64,000 nt of DNA, from NCBI RefSeq assembly GCF_004010195.1, contig NC_057718.1, forward strand, positions 2,406,046-2,470,045. The letters run 5' to 3'. This stretch comes from Chiloscyllium plagiosum. Its lineage: Eukaryota. Shown here piece by piece: positions 1 to 12,820 of the stretch. Numbering within the stretch: the first letter of the stretch is position 1; every line of letters begins with the position of its first letter. The translations under genes and the position numbers were made by a program. The notes under the pieces are model-generated. The model searched no databases and was not told the origin of the DNA. It worked only from the letters and a program-made list of their open reading frames with translations.

Positions 1-155
1 TAACTCAGCCACATTAGGGAGATTTAAACAATCCTTAGATAAGCACATGGATGATTTTGGGATAGTGTAGGGAGACGAGCTGAGAATAGTTCACAGGTCG
101 GCGCAACATCAAGGGCCATAGGGCCTGTTCTGCGCTGTATTGTTCTATGTTCTAC
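1..155 (+). mobile_element. CR1/HER1 LINE 3' tail
   Basis: Typical CR1 3' UTR ending TTCTATGTTCTA. Confidence 0.7.
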
Positions 156-277
156 TAAATTGCCCATAGTGTTAGGTGCATTAGTCAGAGGGAAATGGGT
201 CTGGGAGGGTTACTTTCCGGAGGGTCAGTGTGTGCACGTGTTGGGCCGAAGGGCCTGTTTCCACACTGTAGGGAATG
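156..277 (+). mobile_element. HE1-like SINE, 3' half
   Basis: TAAATTGCCCATAGTG...GGGCCGAAGGGCCTGTTTCCACACTGTA, shared with the full copies in this window. Confidence 0.7.
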
Positions 278-650
278 TGATCTCACCTATATCTTCCTTT
301 GTGCCAAAATCTTTAATAATTTTTCTTTTATGAAAATACATCAATATTGGATGTAAAATTAACAACCGAAACAGCAAAAATCCCCTTTGAAGAAGAGAGC
401 TCTAACCTCAATCAGCCTTTGGAAAACAGGTATCATTCCAGTAAATCCACACTGCACTCCCTGTAAGGCTAATATCTTTGTCCTAAAGTGTGATGCCCAG
501 AATAATTCCCTGGGACTCCGGATCTGATCAGTGCAAATTGCACCTTCTTCTATTCTACCTCTCTGGACAGAAAGGCCAGCATTCCAATCACCTCTATAAT
601 TATTTCTGGACCTGTAATTGGAGGGCTGCAGCACATGAACATTCAAAGCT

Positions 651-835
651 TTAGAACATAGAACAATACAATACAGCACAGAACAGGCCCTTCGGCCCAC
701 AATGTTGTGCCGAACATTTGTCCTAGCTTAAGCACCCATCCATGTACCTATCCAATTGCCGCTTAAAGGTCACCAAAGATTCTGACTCTACCACTCCCAC
801 AGGCAGCGCATTCCATGCCCCCACCACTCTCTGGG
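651..835 (-). mobile_element. CR1 3' tail fragment
   Basis: Reverse complement of the same tail as at 1-155. Confidence 0.65.
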
Positions 836-1660
836 GAAAATGGCATCCTGGGGAAATGGAGCCCGGGGGAAATGGAGCCCGAGGGAAATGTAGCCTGGGG
901 AAATGGAGCCTGGGGATGACATCCTGGAGAAATGGAGCCCGGGGGAAATGGAGCCCGGGGGAAATGTAGCCTGGGGAAATGNNNNNNNNNNNNNNNNNNN
1001 NNNNNNNNNNNNNNNNNNNNNNNNNNNNNNNNNNNNNNNNNNNNNNNNNNNNNNNNNNNNNNNNNNNNNNNNNNNNNNNNNNCCTGGGGAAAATGGAGCC
1101 GGGGGAAATGTAGCCTGGGGAAATGTAGCCTGGGGAAATGTAGCCTGGGGAAAATGTAGCCTGGGAAAATGGAGCCTGGGGATGACATCCTGGGGAAATG
1201 GAGCCCGGGGGAAATGTAGCCTGGGGAAATGTAGCCTGGGGAAATGTAGCCTGNNNNNNNNNNNNNNNNNNNNNNNNNNNNNNGGGAAATGGAGCCCGGG
1301 GGAAATGGAGCCTGGGGAAATGGAGCCCGGGGGAAATGAAGCCTGGGGAAATGTAGCCTGGGGAAATGGAGCCTGGGGAAATGTAGCCTGGGGAAATGGA
1401 ACCTGGGGAAATGAAGCCTGGGAAAAATGAAACATTTTTATTTACACAAGCTCAGGATTTGTAGCCTGGGGAAATGTAGCCTGGGGAAATGGAGCCCGGG
1501 GGAAATGGAGCCTGGGGAAATGGAGCCCGGGGGAAATGAAGCCTGGGGAAATGTAGCCTGGGGAAATGGAGCCTGGGGAAATGTAGCCTGGGGAAATGGA
1601 ACCTGGGGAAATGAAGCCTGGGAAAAATGAAACATTTTTATTTACACAAGCTCAGGATTT
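832..1660. repeat. G-rich minisatellite, 15-16 bp unit GGGGAAATG(T/G)AGCC(T/C), containing two gaps
   Basis: Visible tandem array; N runs at 982-1082 and 1254-1283. Confidence 0.95.
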
Positions 1661-1714
1661 GTTTAAAAACTTGACTGTGAATGAAATACTTCTGAGGCCT
1701 GGTTATTATCACCA

Positions 1715-2460
1715 TCTGGACATTAGGACCAGAAGGCATTCAGCCCATCTAGTTGCTCCACCATGCAATGGGATCATGGCTGCTCTGATAATGCACTCTC
1801 CTGTATTTTCTCCATAATCCTTGGTTCCCTTACTGACTAAAACTCTCTCAGCCTTGAATATACTTAATAACCCTGCCCCCAAAGCCCTCTGTGATAAAGA
1901 GCTCCACAGATTCACTACCTTCTGAGTGAAGGACGTCCTTCTCCTCCTCTCCATGATAAATGGGTGACCAATTCCCCTGGGATGGTGTCCTCTAGTCCAC
2001 AACTCTCCCACAGGGGAAACAACCTCTCAGCATCGACCTTCCTAAGTCTTCTAAGAAGTTTCATATGTTTCAATGTGGTTGCCTCTCATTCTTCTAAACT
2101 TCAGTGAGTACAGATCCAACTCATTCAACACCTCCTCATAAGACAGTCCTTCCGCCCCTGGAATCAGCTGAGTGAATCTTCTGTAGACTTCCTCCAATGG
2201 CATTCTACCTGTTCTCAGATAAGGGACCAAAACTATTCACAGTCTCCCAGCTGGGCTCTGACTAGTGCTTTGTAGTTTCAGCAAAACTCACTATTTTTAT
2301 TCCCCATTCCCTTTGAAATAAAGACCACATTTCCATCTGCCTCTCCTGTCACCGACTGAACTTGGAGACTAGCTTTTTGTGATTCCAATCTCATGTTTCT
2401 CCACATTATATTCCAACTGCCAGGTATTTCATCCTACACACTTAACCTGTCTATATCCCT
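1715..2460 (-). mobile_element. Decayed CR1 LINE 3' fragment
   Basis: Remnant RT C-terminus (FTQKVVNLWSSL...IFKAE) and 3' UTR. Confidence 0.75.
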
Positions 2461-3414
2461 CATGTAAGTGCTGACTTATACACAGTAAGAGCTCACAAAG
2501 AGAAACAGAATGTCAAGGATACTTGCTTTTCATCAAGAAGCTGAATCTGAGGGCAGTCAAGTCGATAATGATCGAAGCAATGCTGAGCTGCAGTCTCTCC
2601 CGGTCACTGTGGGTGCCAATCTGCAATGGGATTGCACTGCAGAATGGTCATAGCCACATTGACTTGAAAATGATCGTCAGGAGTCAGACTGTGACTGAAC
2701 ATGGTACCTCACTGGCAGAGGTCATAGCTTCACTCCCAAGTACAAACTCCAGGCTTTCAATGGTGCCAACTTGTAGATGGGATGCCAAGGCCACATTTGG
2801 CCCTTCAGGCGGTCAGATAATACCCCAAGGCGCCATTTAGAATTGAACTGAACATACAGCAATATCTTCACTGTCCAAAGATCTATTCCAGCATTTCTGT
2901 TCCACACAAGCCTCCTCCTATTCATTTAGTTCACCCTAACAATATCTCCTTTGATGTCTTTCTCCTTCACATCCTTACTTAACTTCCCTTTAAATGTGCT
3001 CATTTGAAGAACAAGTGAGTTCTCTAAAAGAAAAATGTTGTCATTAGCTTAGTGCTGTTTTATGGGATCTTGGTATACACAAATCAACCGCTATTAATCA
3101 TGGTGGATCCTCTATCTCAATGCCATACTCGTGTCATTGCCTGAGAAAGTTTTGGTTTTCTACTCAGGAAGCCCAATCTTTAGACACACCTGCATTTATT
3201 AGCACAGTTATACATGAGAAGCAACAACAACGCATTTCCACAGGCTATTGTGGCCCCAAGTAATGTCCACTACATGCAAACAATTTCTATACAATCAACA
3301 TTCATAGACCTCCTCTTGTGCAGTGGTAGCATCCCAATGTCTTGACAAGGAGACCTGGGTTCAAGTCCTATCTCCTCTCAAGGTGTGTCATCTGCACAGT
3401 GCAGAAAGAAAGAC

Positions 3415-3845
3415 CAGGCGAAAGTGAGGACTGCAGATGCTGGAGGTTAGAGTCGAGAGTGTGGTGCTGGAAAAGCACAGCAGATCAGGCAGCATCTGAG
3501 GAGCAGGAAATTCGATGTTTCGGGCAAAAGACCTTCATCTGGAATGAGCCTCAGGGGTGGAGAGATAAATGGGAGGAGTTAGGGCTGGAGGGAAGGTAGC
3601 TGAGATTGCGATAGGTAGATGGAGGTGGGGGTAAAGGCAATAGGTCAGAGGGAAAGGTGAAGCAGATAGGTGAGAAGGAAGATTGACAGGTGGGACAGGC
3701 CATGAGGATAGTGCTGAGCTGGAATGTTGGAACTGGAGTAAGGTGGGGGGAGGGGAAATGAGGAAACTGGTGAAGTCCACATTGATGTCCTGGGGTTGAA
3801 GGGTTCCAAGGCGGAAGATGAGGCGTTCTTCCTCCAGGAAGAAGA
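3415..3845 (-). mobile_element. Penelope-like element terminal fragment with degenerate hammerhead motif
   Basis: Shares the GTGAGGACTGCAGATGCTGGA...CCCTTCATCAGGAAT terminus with many copies; on - strand reads CAGATGA-stem-GAAA. Confidence 0.6.
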
Positions 3846-4530
3846 TTATTGGGAAGGCAAAGAGTAGAGCCTGACTTGCAAGTCACTGCATCCTTGGTTA
3901 ACCAGCCAGGATTGGGGATGAAACACAATTAACATTGGGAGCCACTTCCCACTGTAACTGAGTTGTTCAATATTCCTGCCTGAAATAAATGGGAGTTGAA
4001 TTACAATAACTAACGAGGGACTTGATGAGACAGTTGAGATTCCGTAAGTTTCGTTGTTGGCAATTATACTCCCACCAGTATCTCACCAATCTGTCTGCTG
4101 ATTGAGTGGTCCCTTGGTCTACTGCTCCCATTCCAAATGCAGCTATACAATGCTGGTGCTGACAGCCAAGTCTCTCAGGTTTACAGTATTTGCAATGGCA
4201 CATCAATGAAATGGGTTACTTCTGGAAGACAGGGAAGATGCTTTATCTTGATTTGCTTTATTGTAGTCACATGTACCTAAGTACAGTGAAAAGTTTTGTT
4301 TTGCCTGCAATATAGGCAGATTATAGTAAACAAGGACATACATATCATTATGTGTTTAGACAGAGCAAGGTACACAAGGTTACAGCTGGACAGGAGGAGC
4401 ACAAAGCAAGATCAACATTAGGTTTCAAATTATCTGTAGCCATCTCTGTAGGAGAAAAGGTTATTATCATCCCCAGTTAAGAGTCAATGACATTGTTGAG
4501 GATCTGGAGTCATGGGCAGGCTAGATCATG

Positions 4531-4747
4531 TAGGCGAAAGTAAATACTGAAGATGCTGGAGATTAGAGTCAAGAGTGTGGTGCTGGTAAAGCACTGCAGG
4601 CCAGGCAGCATCTGAGGAGCAGGAGAATTGATGTTTCAGGCAAAAGCCCTTCATCAGGAAGGGCTTTTGCCCAAAATGTCAATTTTCCTGCTCCTCAGAT
4701 GCTGCGTGGCCTGCAGTGCTTTTCCAGCACCACACTCTTGACTCTGA
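4531..4747. mobile_element. Fold-back (inverted) PLE terminal repeat pair
   Basis: 88-bp arms 4565-4652 and 4658-4745; flanking near-direct repeat GC(T/A)AGATCATG at 4520-4530 and 4748-4758. Confidence 0.7.
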
Positions 4748-5429
4748 GCAAGATCATGCCCCGAGTGAACATTAGTTGTCCAGATGACAACTGTCAGGGG
4801 TTATATGAGTACCATTAGGCAGGCTGCTTTTTTAAAAACCAGAATCCAAATTTCATCATCTGCAATGGTGGGGTTTGAACCCATAGCCCAAGAGCTGTTT
4901 GGATTGTTAGTCTAGTGACATAGCCATTACACCATCACCTTAGCCAACAAAGCTCACATACTGTCAGAGGTGAACCCCAAACTCTTACTGCACAGCTACA
5001 GTTGGGATTACAAACCATCTACAAGGCTCATGTCAAGAGGGTGATGGAACACTGCCTGGATGGGGGCAGCTCCAACAACACTCAAGAAGCTTGACACCAT
5101 CCAGGAGAAAACAGCTGCCTGATTGGCACCACATCTACAAGCGAGGCTAAAGCAACCAGAAGGTTTACCCAATGTTGTGCAGTGGGGATGGTGTGAAAAA
5201 CCACAGTCTGTTGTGGTTTGTAAAATTGTCTAAGGTTTCCAGGGCACAGCAGCCTATCTAATCCTGCTAGTACTATGCTCTCCCTCATTTCAAGCCAAGG
5301 GCACAAAATAACATTTTCAAAGAAAGCATCTACTTTCAGAATGAGTGTCAACTTGAGGGAAACAACCACACAACCAAATGGATAGGTCCTGAAAATTGTT
5401 ACAAAATAAAACCAGGGGCTTAAATAGCA

Positions 5430-6070
5430 ACTGTGCACATGCATCTGAGAGAATATGTCAGTGAATATGTAGAAGTGCATATGTGTGTACAAGTGTCTTT
5501 GTGAGTGTATGTGTGCGTGTTTGCAAATGAGTGAGTGTGTGTGCATGTTTGAGAGTGTATGTGTGTGTTTGTGAGAGTATGCATGTTTGTGTGTTTGCAT
5601 TTGAGAGTGTGACTGTGTGTGTCTAAGTGAATGAGTGCACATTCGTGGAAGTGTATACATGTATTTGTGAATCTGTGTGCGCAAGTTGTGTATTTGTGTG
5701 TACGTCTGAATCTGTGAATGAATATGTGTGCATGTCTCTCTATGAGTGTGAATGTGTGTATGAGGGCACATGTGAGTGTGTGCATGAGAATGTGTGCCTG
5801 TGGGAGTGTATGTCTGAGTTTGACAATGTATATATGTCCAAGTGTGAGAATGTGTGAGCGAATGTGTGTTAAGTGTGTTGGGGTGTGTGTATGTGTGCAT
5901 GTGTGAGAGTGTTTGTGAATGCATGTGTGTACACGTGTGTGCGAGTATGTGTGTGTGCGAATATTAGTGCATGTGTACAAGTGTGTGTAAATGAGTGTGT
6001 ATGTGAGTGCATGCGTACGTGTATTTGTGAGTGTACGTATATGTGAGTATGTGTGTGTGAGATTGTGTGT
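5430..6070. repeat. Degenerate (TG)n low-complexity tract
   Basis: About 640 bp of imperfect TG/GT repeats; source of spurious His/Thr-rich ORFs. Confidence 0.9.
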
Positions 6071-6479
6071 ACTTGGGAGCACTACATATCCTAATTTATG
6101 CATCGTTTCCGAACTTTCAAAACCTCATGAGGACAGTGATTCCTGACCTTTCCAGTAACACGGCACACTTCAATGAGACAATTTCACAACACACCCAGCT
6201 GAATCAATTCATTGTAATCATCACATTCATTCGCATTTACTATGGCACAGTAGGGATGGAGACCCTGAGTAATTGGTGAGGTTCCCTACTGCTTCCTCAT
6301 CCCCAGTTACCTCTCACAACATGCGTCTGTCTTACAGGGGAATCTGCGCTGCTTAGTCATAGACAGGAAGACCAGGCACACAGCTACCCCCTCACTGTGT
6401 GCGCCTGTGTGTGTGCCCGTGTGTGTGTGTGTGTGTGGGGTATGGGTGAGGTGGTGAGCTGAACCCATCTCTCTCAGAC

Positions 6480-7925
6480 TCAGCTCAAACCTAGTCCACT
6501 TAGGCCAAATTGTATCTTATTTAAGTAAAATTAGCCTTCCTGCAATTTAGAATGCTTATTCCTGGATTTACGGGTGGCACAGTGGTCAGCACTGCTGCCT
6601 CACAGCGCCAGAGACCCGGTTCAATTCCTGCCTGAGGCAACTGACTGTGTGGAGTTTGCACATTCTCCTCGTGTCTGCGTGGGTTTCCTCCGGGTGCTCC
6701 GGTTTCCTCCCACAGTCCAATAAATGTGCAGGTTAGGTGAATTGGCCATGCTAAATTGCCCATAGTGTTAGGTGAAGGGGTAAATGTGAGGGAATGGGTC
6801 TGGGTGGGTTGCTGTTCGGAGGGTCGGTGTGGACTTGTTGGGCCGAAGGGCCTGTTTCTACTCTGTAAGTAATCTAATTATCCTTACCTATAAGTCTCCT
6901 AAATCTAACTAAGTTATGATCACTATCTCCAAATGGGCCCCTACTAATACACCTTCTACCTGTTAGGGTTGATTCCAGTATTAAGTCTACTTGCCCTAAC
7001 CAGTCCTTGTTGAATTCTCTAGGTACTAGCTGAAAACACTATCTGAGTGAAATTTAAGAAGTTTTGCATTTACATATTAAAATTATAACTGCCTTATTAT
7101 TGTTCTGTTTCTCTCTCTCCCTGTTTGGTCCCATAGTATACACCCAACAAAATGTTTGCTTCTTTTATGCTTTTCACTGCTACCCAAATGATGATCTTTC
7201 TAAGATGCCTCACTGTTCGAATTGATTACTTGATCAATATTGTGATTCCCCCCTCTTCGCTTCTTTCCCTCTCTATCCCTATAACCCAGAATACTCAGCT
7301 GCTAATCTTGCCCATCTTTCAGCCACGTCTCAGTCCCAGTTATGTGATCATACTCCCACATGTCTATCTGAGCCCTCTTTTTTTAATCTATCTTTTTCCT
7401 CAGGTTTCTTGCATTTTAACATATTCCCTTTAGCCTTGCTAAACTCACTTCATTCTTGTACAACCCATGTTTCCTCTACGTTCCAGACTCTCACACATTT
7501 TAACTTCTAATTCCATCCCAGCTTCTCTCCCTATGAACCACATCCCCCTGCTAATCTCATTTAAATCCACCCCACCAGCATGTGCAAACCTCCCTTGTGA
7601 GGTTTATGATCCTGTTCCTATTCAGATGTGACCCGTTCACAATCTTATACAGGTCCCACCTCCCCCAGAACGGGTCCCACTGCCTCAGGAATCTGTAGCC
7701 TTCCCTCCTGCATCATCTCCTCAGTCACACATTCACCTGCTCTATCCTTCTATCCCAATACTCACTTCTGTGTGGCACCAGGAATACACCAGAGATTGCT
7801 ACCTCTGGAACACTGCTTTTCCATTTCCTACCTAACTTCCTAAAGTCTGTTTGCAGGACGTCATTTCTCTTTTCTCCTGTGTTCCTGGTCCCAACATGGA
7901 GCACAAACTCTGGCAACTCACCATC
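6480..7925 (-). mobile_element. Old CR1 5' region (ORF1 esterase and endonuclease remnants), interrupted by a SINE
   Basis: ORF 7725-7916 PEFVLHVGTR...FRKLGRKWKS..VAISG resembles the CR1 ORF1 SGNH-esterase domain. Confidence 0.6.
6571..6878 (+). mobile_element. HE1-like tRNA-derived SINE, full length
   Basis: A/B-box-like head (GGTGGCACAGTGG...GGTTCAATTCC) and CR1-like 3' tail. Confidence 0.85.
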
Positions 7926-8699
7926 CCCAACTTCTGGGATTTCTTAACTCTCACTGCTCCATCGAACCTCACTGTTGCTGCTCCCCAGTTGCAGATGGCT
8001 GTACTGCCGTTTTGTCAGCATCTGGGATCTCTTTGTTCTCATGCTCCTTTTAACCACATACCATTGCTCCGAGTCCCAAACAGCCTTTTTCCCTGGTCTG
8101 TCTGCTTCTGGGACTTCTCCAATGTCGCAGCTCCGCATTCCCAGGCCCTTCTGGCTCAGAGGCAAGAAGACTGGCCCACTCATGAAGCAAAGCTAACTTA
8201 TTTCTTAGAAACAGTTTAAGTGAAATGTGATTAGATGTGGCTTGAAGATTAGTCACATTCAAACGATGCACAGAAAGCATAACTGCAAAGAAGGTCAGGA
8301 GTTCCGATAATGAGCAAAGGTAGCCCCTGATGTATGTCTTTCCCACCCATTAGAGAAAAGGACTTCCTTCCTTGGTCCATGAGGAAATGAGGCACATCAC
8401 AACGACTGCATGAGAGCAAGATCGACAAGAGTCTACCACTGACCTGAGTGATAGTTCAAACTACAAGTGAAGAATATGGTTAAATGGAGCCCTGGTAAAT
8501 GTGTGTAGGTGGACCATCCTCTCTCTGTCAGTCGTGGATTGAAAGGTTGCTGCCCTTAATGAATAGAAGGTTGTTTTGTTCCTGCTGATGACAGAAAGAA
8601 AATTTTGTGTGAGCTAACAGCCTCGATTGGTCCATGAGACTAGAGTCAGCATCATCGGTTTCCCAGGTCAGTTCAACCTGGATAGTGTTAATGCTTGAG

Positions 8700-11070
8700 A
8701 GCTACAGTCTCCACTTGAAGAATGTGAAACCCTGAGATACAGATGGAACTGGGGTTCCTGCTTCATAAACAGGTAGAATGAAATAATGTGGAAAACAATG
8801 CAATGTTGTTGTTAATCACAATGGGAACACACTATGAAAGCAATGAGGTTTTACTATAACTGTATAGGGTGGCGGTGAGATTACATCTGGAATCCAGTTT
8901 TGGTCTCCTGACAATGGAAGAATATAAGTGCATTAGAATCGATTCATTCGAAGTTTTGGTCGACTGATTTCTGGGATGGAGGGGGTTTCTTTCTTGAGGA
9001 AAGGTTGAAAAATGCTGAGCCCGTATCCATTGGAGTTTCAAAGAACATGGGATGAAGTGATTGGGAGATGTAATGTCATAAAGAGATAACAGAACAAAGA
9101 GCTGCAGGAGCTGCAGAGGCTGAAAAGCTGAAACACAAACAGGAGTTGCTGGGAACCTCAGCAGGTCTAACACAGAGAGAGAAAACAGATTCACCGTTTC
9201 AGATCCAGTGACCTTTCTTCAGAAATAATCCGATGGAGGGTTACTGGATGCGAAATGTTAACTCTGCTTTCTCCCGACAGATAGATGATGCCAGAACATG
9301 AAGGGACTTGGATGGTGAGGGGTTACTTCTCTTTGCGGGGGGATTTCAGGATGAGGGGACACACTTTATAAATAAGGAGTCTTCTAGTTCAGATGGAGAC
9401 AAGGAGGAATTTCTTCTCAGAGGGTCATTAGTCTGTGGAATCAGAGATAGTCTGTATGGCTTTGTCAGGGATGTCCGGCTGTATTTTCCAAAGAGGTGAC
9501 CAAGTATATGGATGATGGTAGGGCAGTAGATATAGTTTAAATGGATATTAGCAAAGCCTTTGACAAGGTCCCTCATGGGAAGCTGATAAAGAAGGTAAAA
9601 GCACATGGGATCCAAAATTGTCTTAGCGATAAGAGATAGAAGGTGGTTTTAGAAGGCTGCTTGTGTGACTGTAGTCCGTAGTGCAGTGGTGTGCCACAGG
9701 GATCAGTGCTGGGTCCCTTATTGTTTGTGCTGTATATAAACAATATAATCAGAGTGTGTGGAAGTGGTGATGAGTGAGTTGCAGGTGACAGAAAAATTGC
9801 CCGGGTGGTTAACAGTGAGGAGAAAGGTTTTAGGTTACAGGAGGATATAAGCAGATATGCAGATTAGTGACAGTTCGCATCTATCCCTGTTAAATGTGAG
9901 GTGATGCACTTTGGAAGAAGTATCAAGGGTATACACAATGGGTGGCTCAGTGGTTAGCATTGCTGCCTCATTGCACTAGGGACCCAGGTTTGATTCCAAC
10001 TTCAGGTAATTGTTTGTGTGGAGTTTGCAAATTCTCCCCGTGTCTGCATGGGTTTCCTCTGGGTGCTCCAGTTTCCTGCCACAGTCCAAAAATGTGCAGC
10101 TTAGATGAATTGGCCATGCTAAATTGCCTGAAGAGTTCAGCATGTATAGTTGAGGTGCGTTAGCCATGACAAATGCAGGGTTACAATGCACAGACAGGAT
10201 GACTGCAAAGAAATGTCAGGCGTTCTGATAATGAGCAAAGGTAGCCCCTGATGTCCATCTTTCCCATCAATACAGAAAAGGACTTCCTTCCTTGGTCCAT
10301 GATGAAATGAGGCACATCACAACAATGACTACATGACAGCAAGACCAATAAGAGGTACCCTTTAAAGGGAAAGGGTAGGGGGTGGGTCCAGGTGTGATGC
10401 TCTTTGGAGGGTCCGTGTGGACTTGTTGAGCTGAATCGTTTGTTTCTACAGTGTAGGGATTCTATAATTATTCTATTCTATGATTCTATAAAAGACAGGA
10501 TAGTAGGAAGCTCATAAGGATCTTGGAAACTTGTCCATGGATCCCTGAAGGGGGCAGGACAGCTGGAGGACTGTGTGCAGTTCTGGTCCCCACACTACAC
10601 GAAGGATGGAATTGTACTGGAGGGGGTGCAGAGGAACTTCACCAGGATGGTCCCTGGGATGGAACATTTCAGTGATGAAGAGAGGCTGGATGAGCTGGTG
10701 CTGTTTTCTTCAGAGTAGAGAAGGCTGAGGGGGGACCTGGTTGAGGGGTAGAAAGCAACTATTCCCCTTAGTTGAAGGGTGAATAACAAGTGGGTATAAT
10801 TTGAAGTGAAAAACAGATTTTGAGGTGATTTAAGGAAGCAGTTTCCCCCACAGAGTGGTGGGGGTCTGAAATGCACTACCTTTGAGGGTAGTTGAAACGG
10901 GAAACCTCCCAACATTTAAAAAGTACTTGGGTGAGCAGTTGAAATATCACAACATTCAAAGCTGTGGGTGTAGTGGTGGAAAGTGAGACTAGTGTAGGTT
11001 TTGTGTAGCTTTGGCGGTACAGACTCAGTGGGCCAAGAGGTCTCTTACGTACTGAATGAATCCATAATTA
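8700..11070 (+). mobile_element. Cluster of decayed CR1 RT/3' fragments with nested PLE terminus (about 9085-9295) and HE1-like SINE (about 9937-10470)
   Basis: RT remnants (AFDKVPH, GVPQGSVLGP, CVQFWSP); SINE head at about 9940. Confidence 0.7.
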
Positions 11071-11379
11071 GAGGTGACATATGGCTGTCTCTTGCTTCCA
11101 ATTTCAATGTTCATGTTCTGAGAACACTGTGAGGTAATTCATTAAACAAACAGATCTGTCAAAGTGAGGTCACTGGTGTCATGTCGGAATTGTAGTAATG
11201 CCCACACTGCAAGATCCCACTAGCCCCCAGTACTAATATTCACACACACTCTTATACTGATGTTGCCTGAGGGCTCCAGGTCACTGGGAAACACTAGAAT
11301 AGTACAACATTTTTTTATATCCACTAGAGGGTGAATGGACCCCTTGGTTTAACATCTCATGTACACCACATCTTCATGA

Positions 11380-12820
11380 CATTGGAAAACAGCAAATATG
11401 TTGCCTCGGTTTAAAAAGGGAGGTAAACAAAAGATGGGGAATTACAGACCAGTGAGCTTAACTTCTGTGGTGGGGAAGATGCTTGAGTCTATTATCAAGG
11501 AAGAAATAACAAGGCATCTTGGTAGAAATTGTCCTGTTGGGCAGATGCAGCATGGGCTCATGAAGGGCAGGTCTTGCTTAGCAAATCTTTTGGAATTCCA
11601 TGAAGAGACTACAAGCACAGTGGACAGTGGGAACCCAGTGGGTGTGGTGTATCTTGATTTACAAAAGGCCTTTGACAAGATACCACACAAGAGGCTGCTA
11701 CATAAGATAAAGCTTTACAGATAAAGCATTAGCACAGATAGAGGATTAGTTAACTAAAAAAAAGCAATGAGTGGGGATAAATGAGTGCTATTCTGGTTGG
11801 CAATCAGTAACTAGTGGTGTGCCTCAGGGATCGGTGTTGGGATCACAATTATTTACAATTTATATAGATGATTTGGAGTTGGGGACCAAATGTAGTGTGT
11901 CAAAGTTTGCAGATGACACTCAGATGAGTGGCAGAGCAACGTGTGCAGAGGACTGTGAAACTTTGTAGAGGAACATAGATACATTGAGTGAGTGGGCAAA
12001 GATCTGGCAGATGAAATACAATGTTAATAAATGTGAAGTCATCCATTTTGATAGGAGTAACGGTAAAACAGACTATTATTCGAATGGTAAAAAGTTGCAG
12101 CATGCTGCTATACAGAGGGATCTGGGTGTCCTTGTGCATAAATCACAGAAGGTTGGGTCTACAGGTACAACGGGTAATTAAGGCAAATGGAATTTTGTCC
12201 TTCATTGTTAAAGGGATTGAGTTTAAAAGCAGGAGGTTAAGTTGCAGCTGTATAAGGTGCTGGTGAGGCCACACCTGGAGTACTGTGTGTAATTTTGGTC
12301 TCCTTACTTGAGAAAGGATGTACTGGCACTGGAGGGGGTGCAGAGGAGGTTCACTCGGTTGGTTCCAGAGTCGAGGGAGTTGGCTTATGGGGACAGACTG
12401 AGTAGACTGGGATTATATTCATTGAAATTTAGAAGAAAGATGGGGAATTTATAGAAATATATAAAATTATGAAGGGAATAGACGTAGAGAGGATGTTTCC
12501 ACTGGCAGGTGAAACTAGGACAAGAGGACATAGCCTCAAAATTAGGGGGAGCAGATTGAGGATTGAATTGAGAAGTAACTTTCTCACCCAAATGGTTGTG
12601 AATTTGTGGAATTCCCTGCCCAGGGATGTAGTTGATGCTACTTCAGTAAATGTTTTTAAAGCTAAGATAGATTTTTTTTTGAACAGTAAAGAAATTAAGG
12701 GTTATGGTGAGAGGGCGGGTAGGTGGTGCTGAGGCCATGAGAAGATCAGCCATGATCTTATTGAATGGTGAAGCAGGCTCGAAGGGGCCAGATGGCCTAC
12801 TCCTGCTCCTGGTTCTTGTG
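11380..12820 (+). mobile_element. CR1 LINE RT and 3' end, 5'-truncated and frameshifted
   Basis: ORFs carry GNYRPVSLTSVVGK, KAFDKIPH, GVPQGSVLG and SKFADDT; 3' UTR present. Confidence 0.92.

Noticed and set aside
742..1635. Overlapping repetitive ORFs (FPRLH / GNVAW / PFPQA)
   Set aside because: Translations of a 15-16 bp minisatellite across N gaps
832..1660. Possible CRISPR-like array
   Set aside because: Head-to-tail repeats without unique spacers, in a vertebrate context
2523..2840. 105-aa ORF in unique sequence
   Set aside because: Non-ATG start, no recognisable domain, no convincing splice structure
5082..6103. Long His/Thr-rich ORFs (280 and 227 aa)
   Set aside because: Produced by the degenerate (CA)n tract
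6571..6650. tRNA-like A/B boxes
   Set aside because: SINE heads, not tRNA genes
7124..7132. TTTGGTCCC resembling the miR-133 5' end (miR-206/133b lie near IL17A in mammals)
   Set aside because: The match stops after 9 nt, there is no hairpin, and it lies within an old CR1
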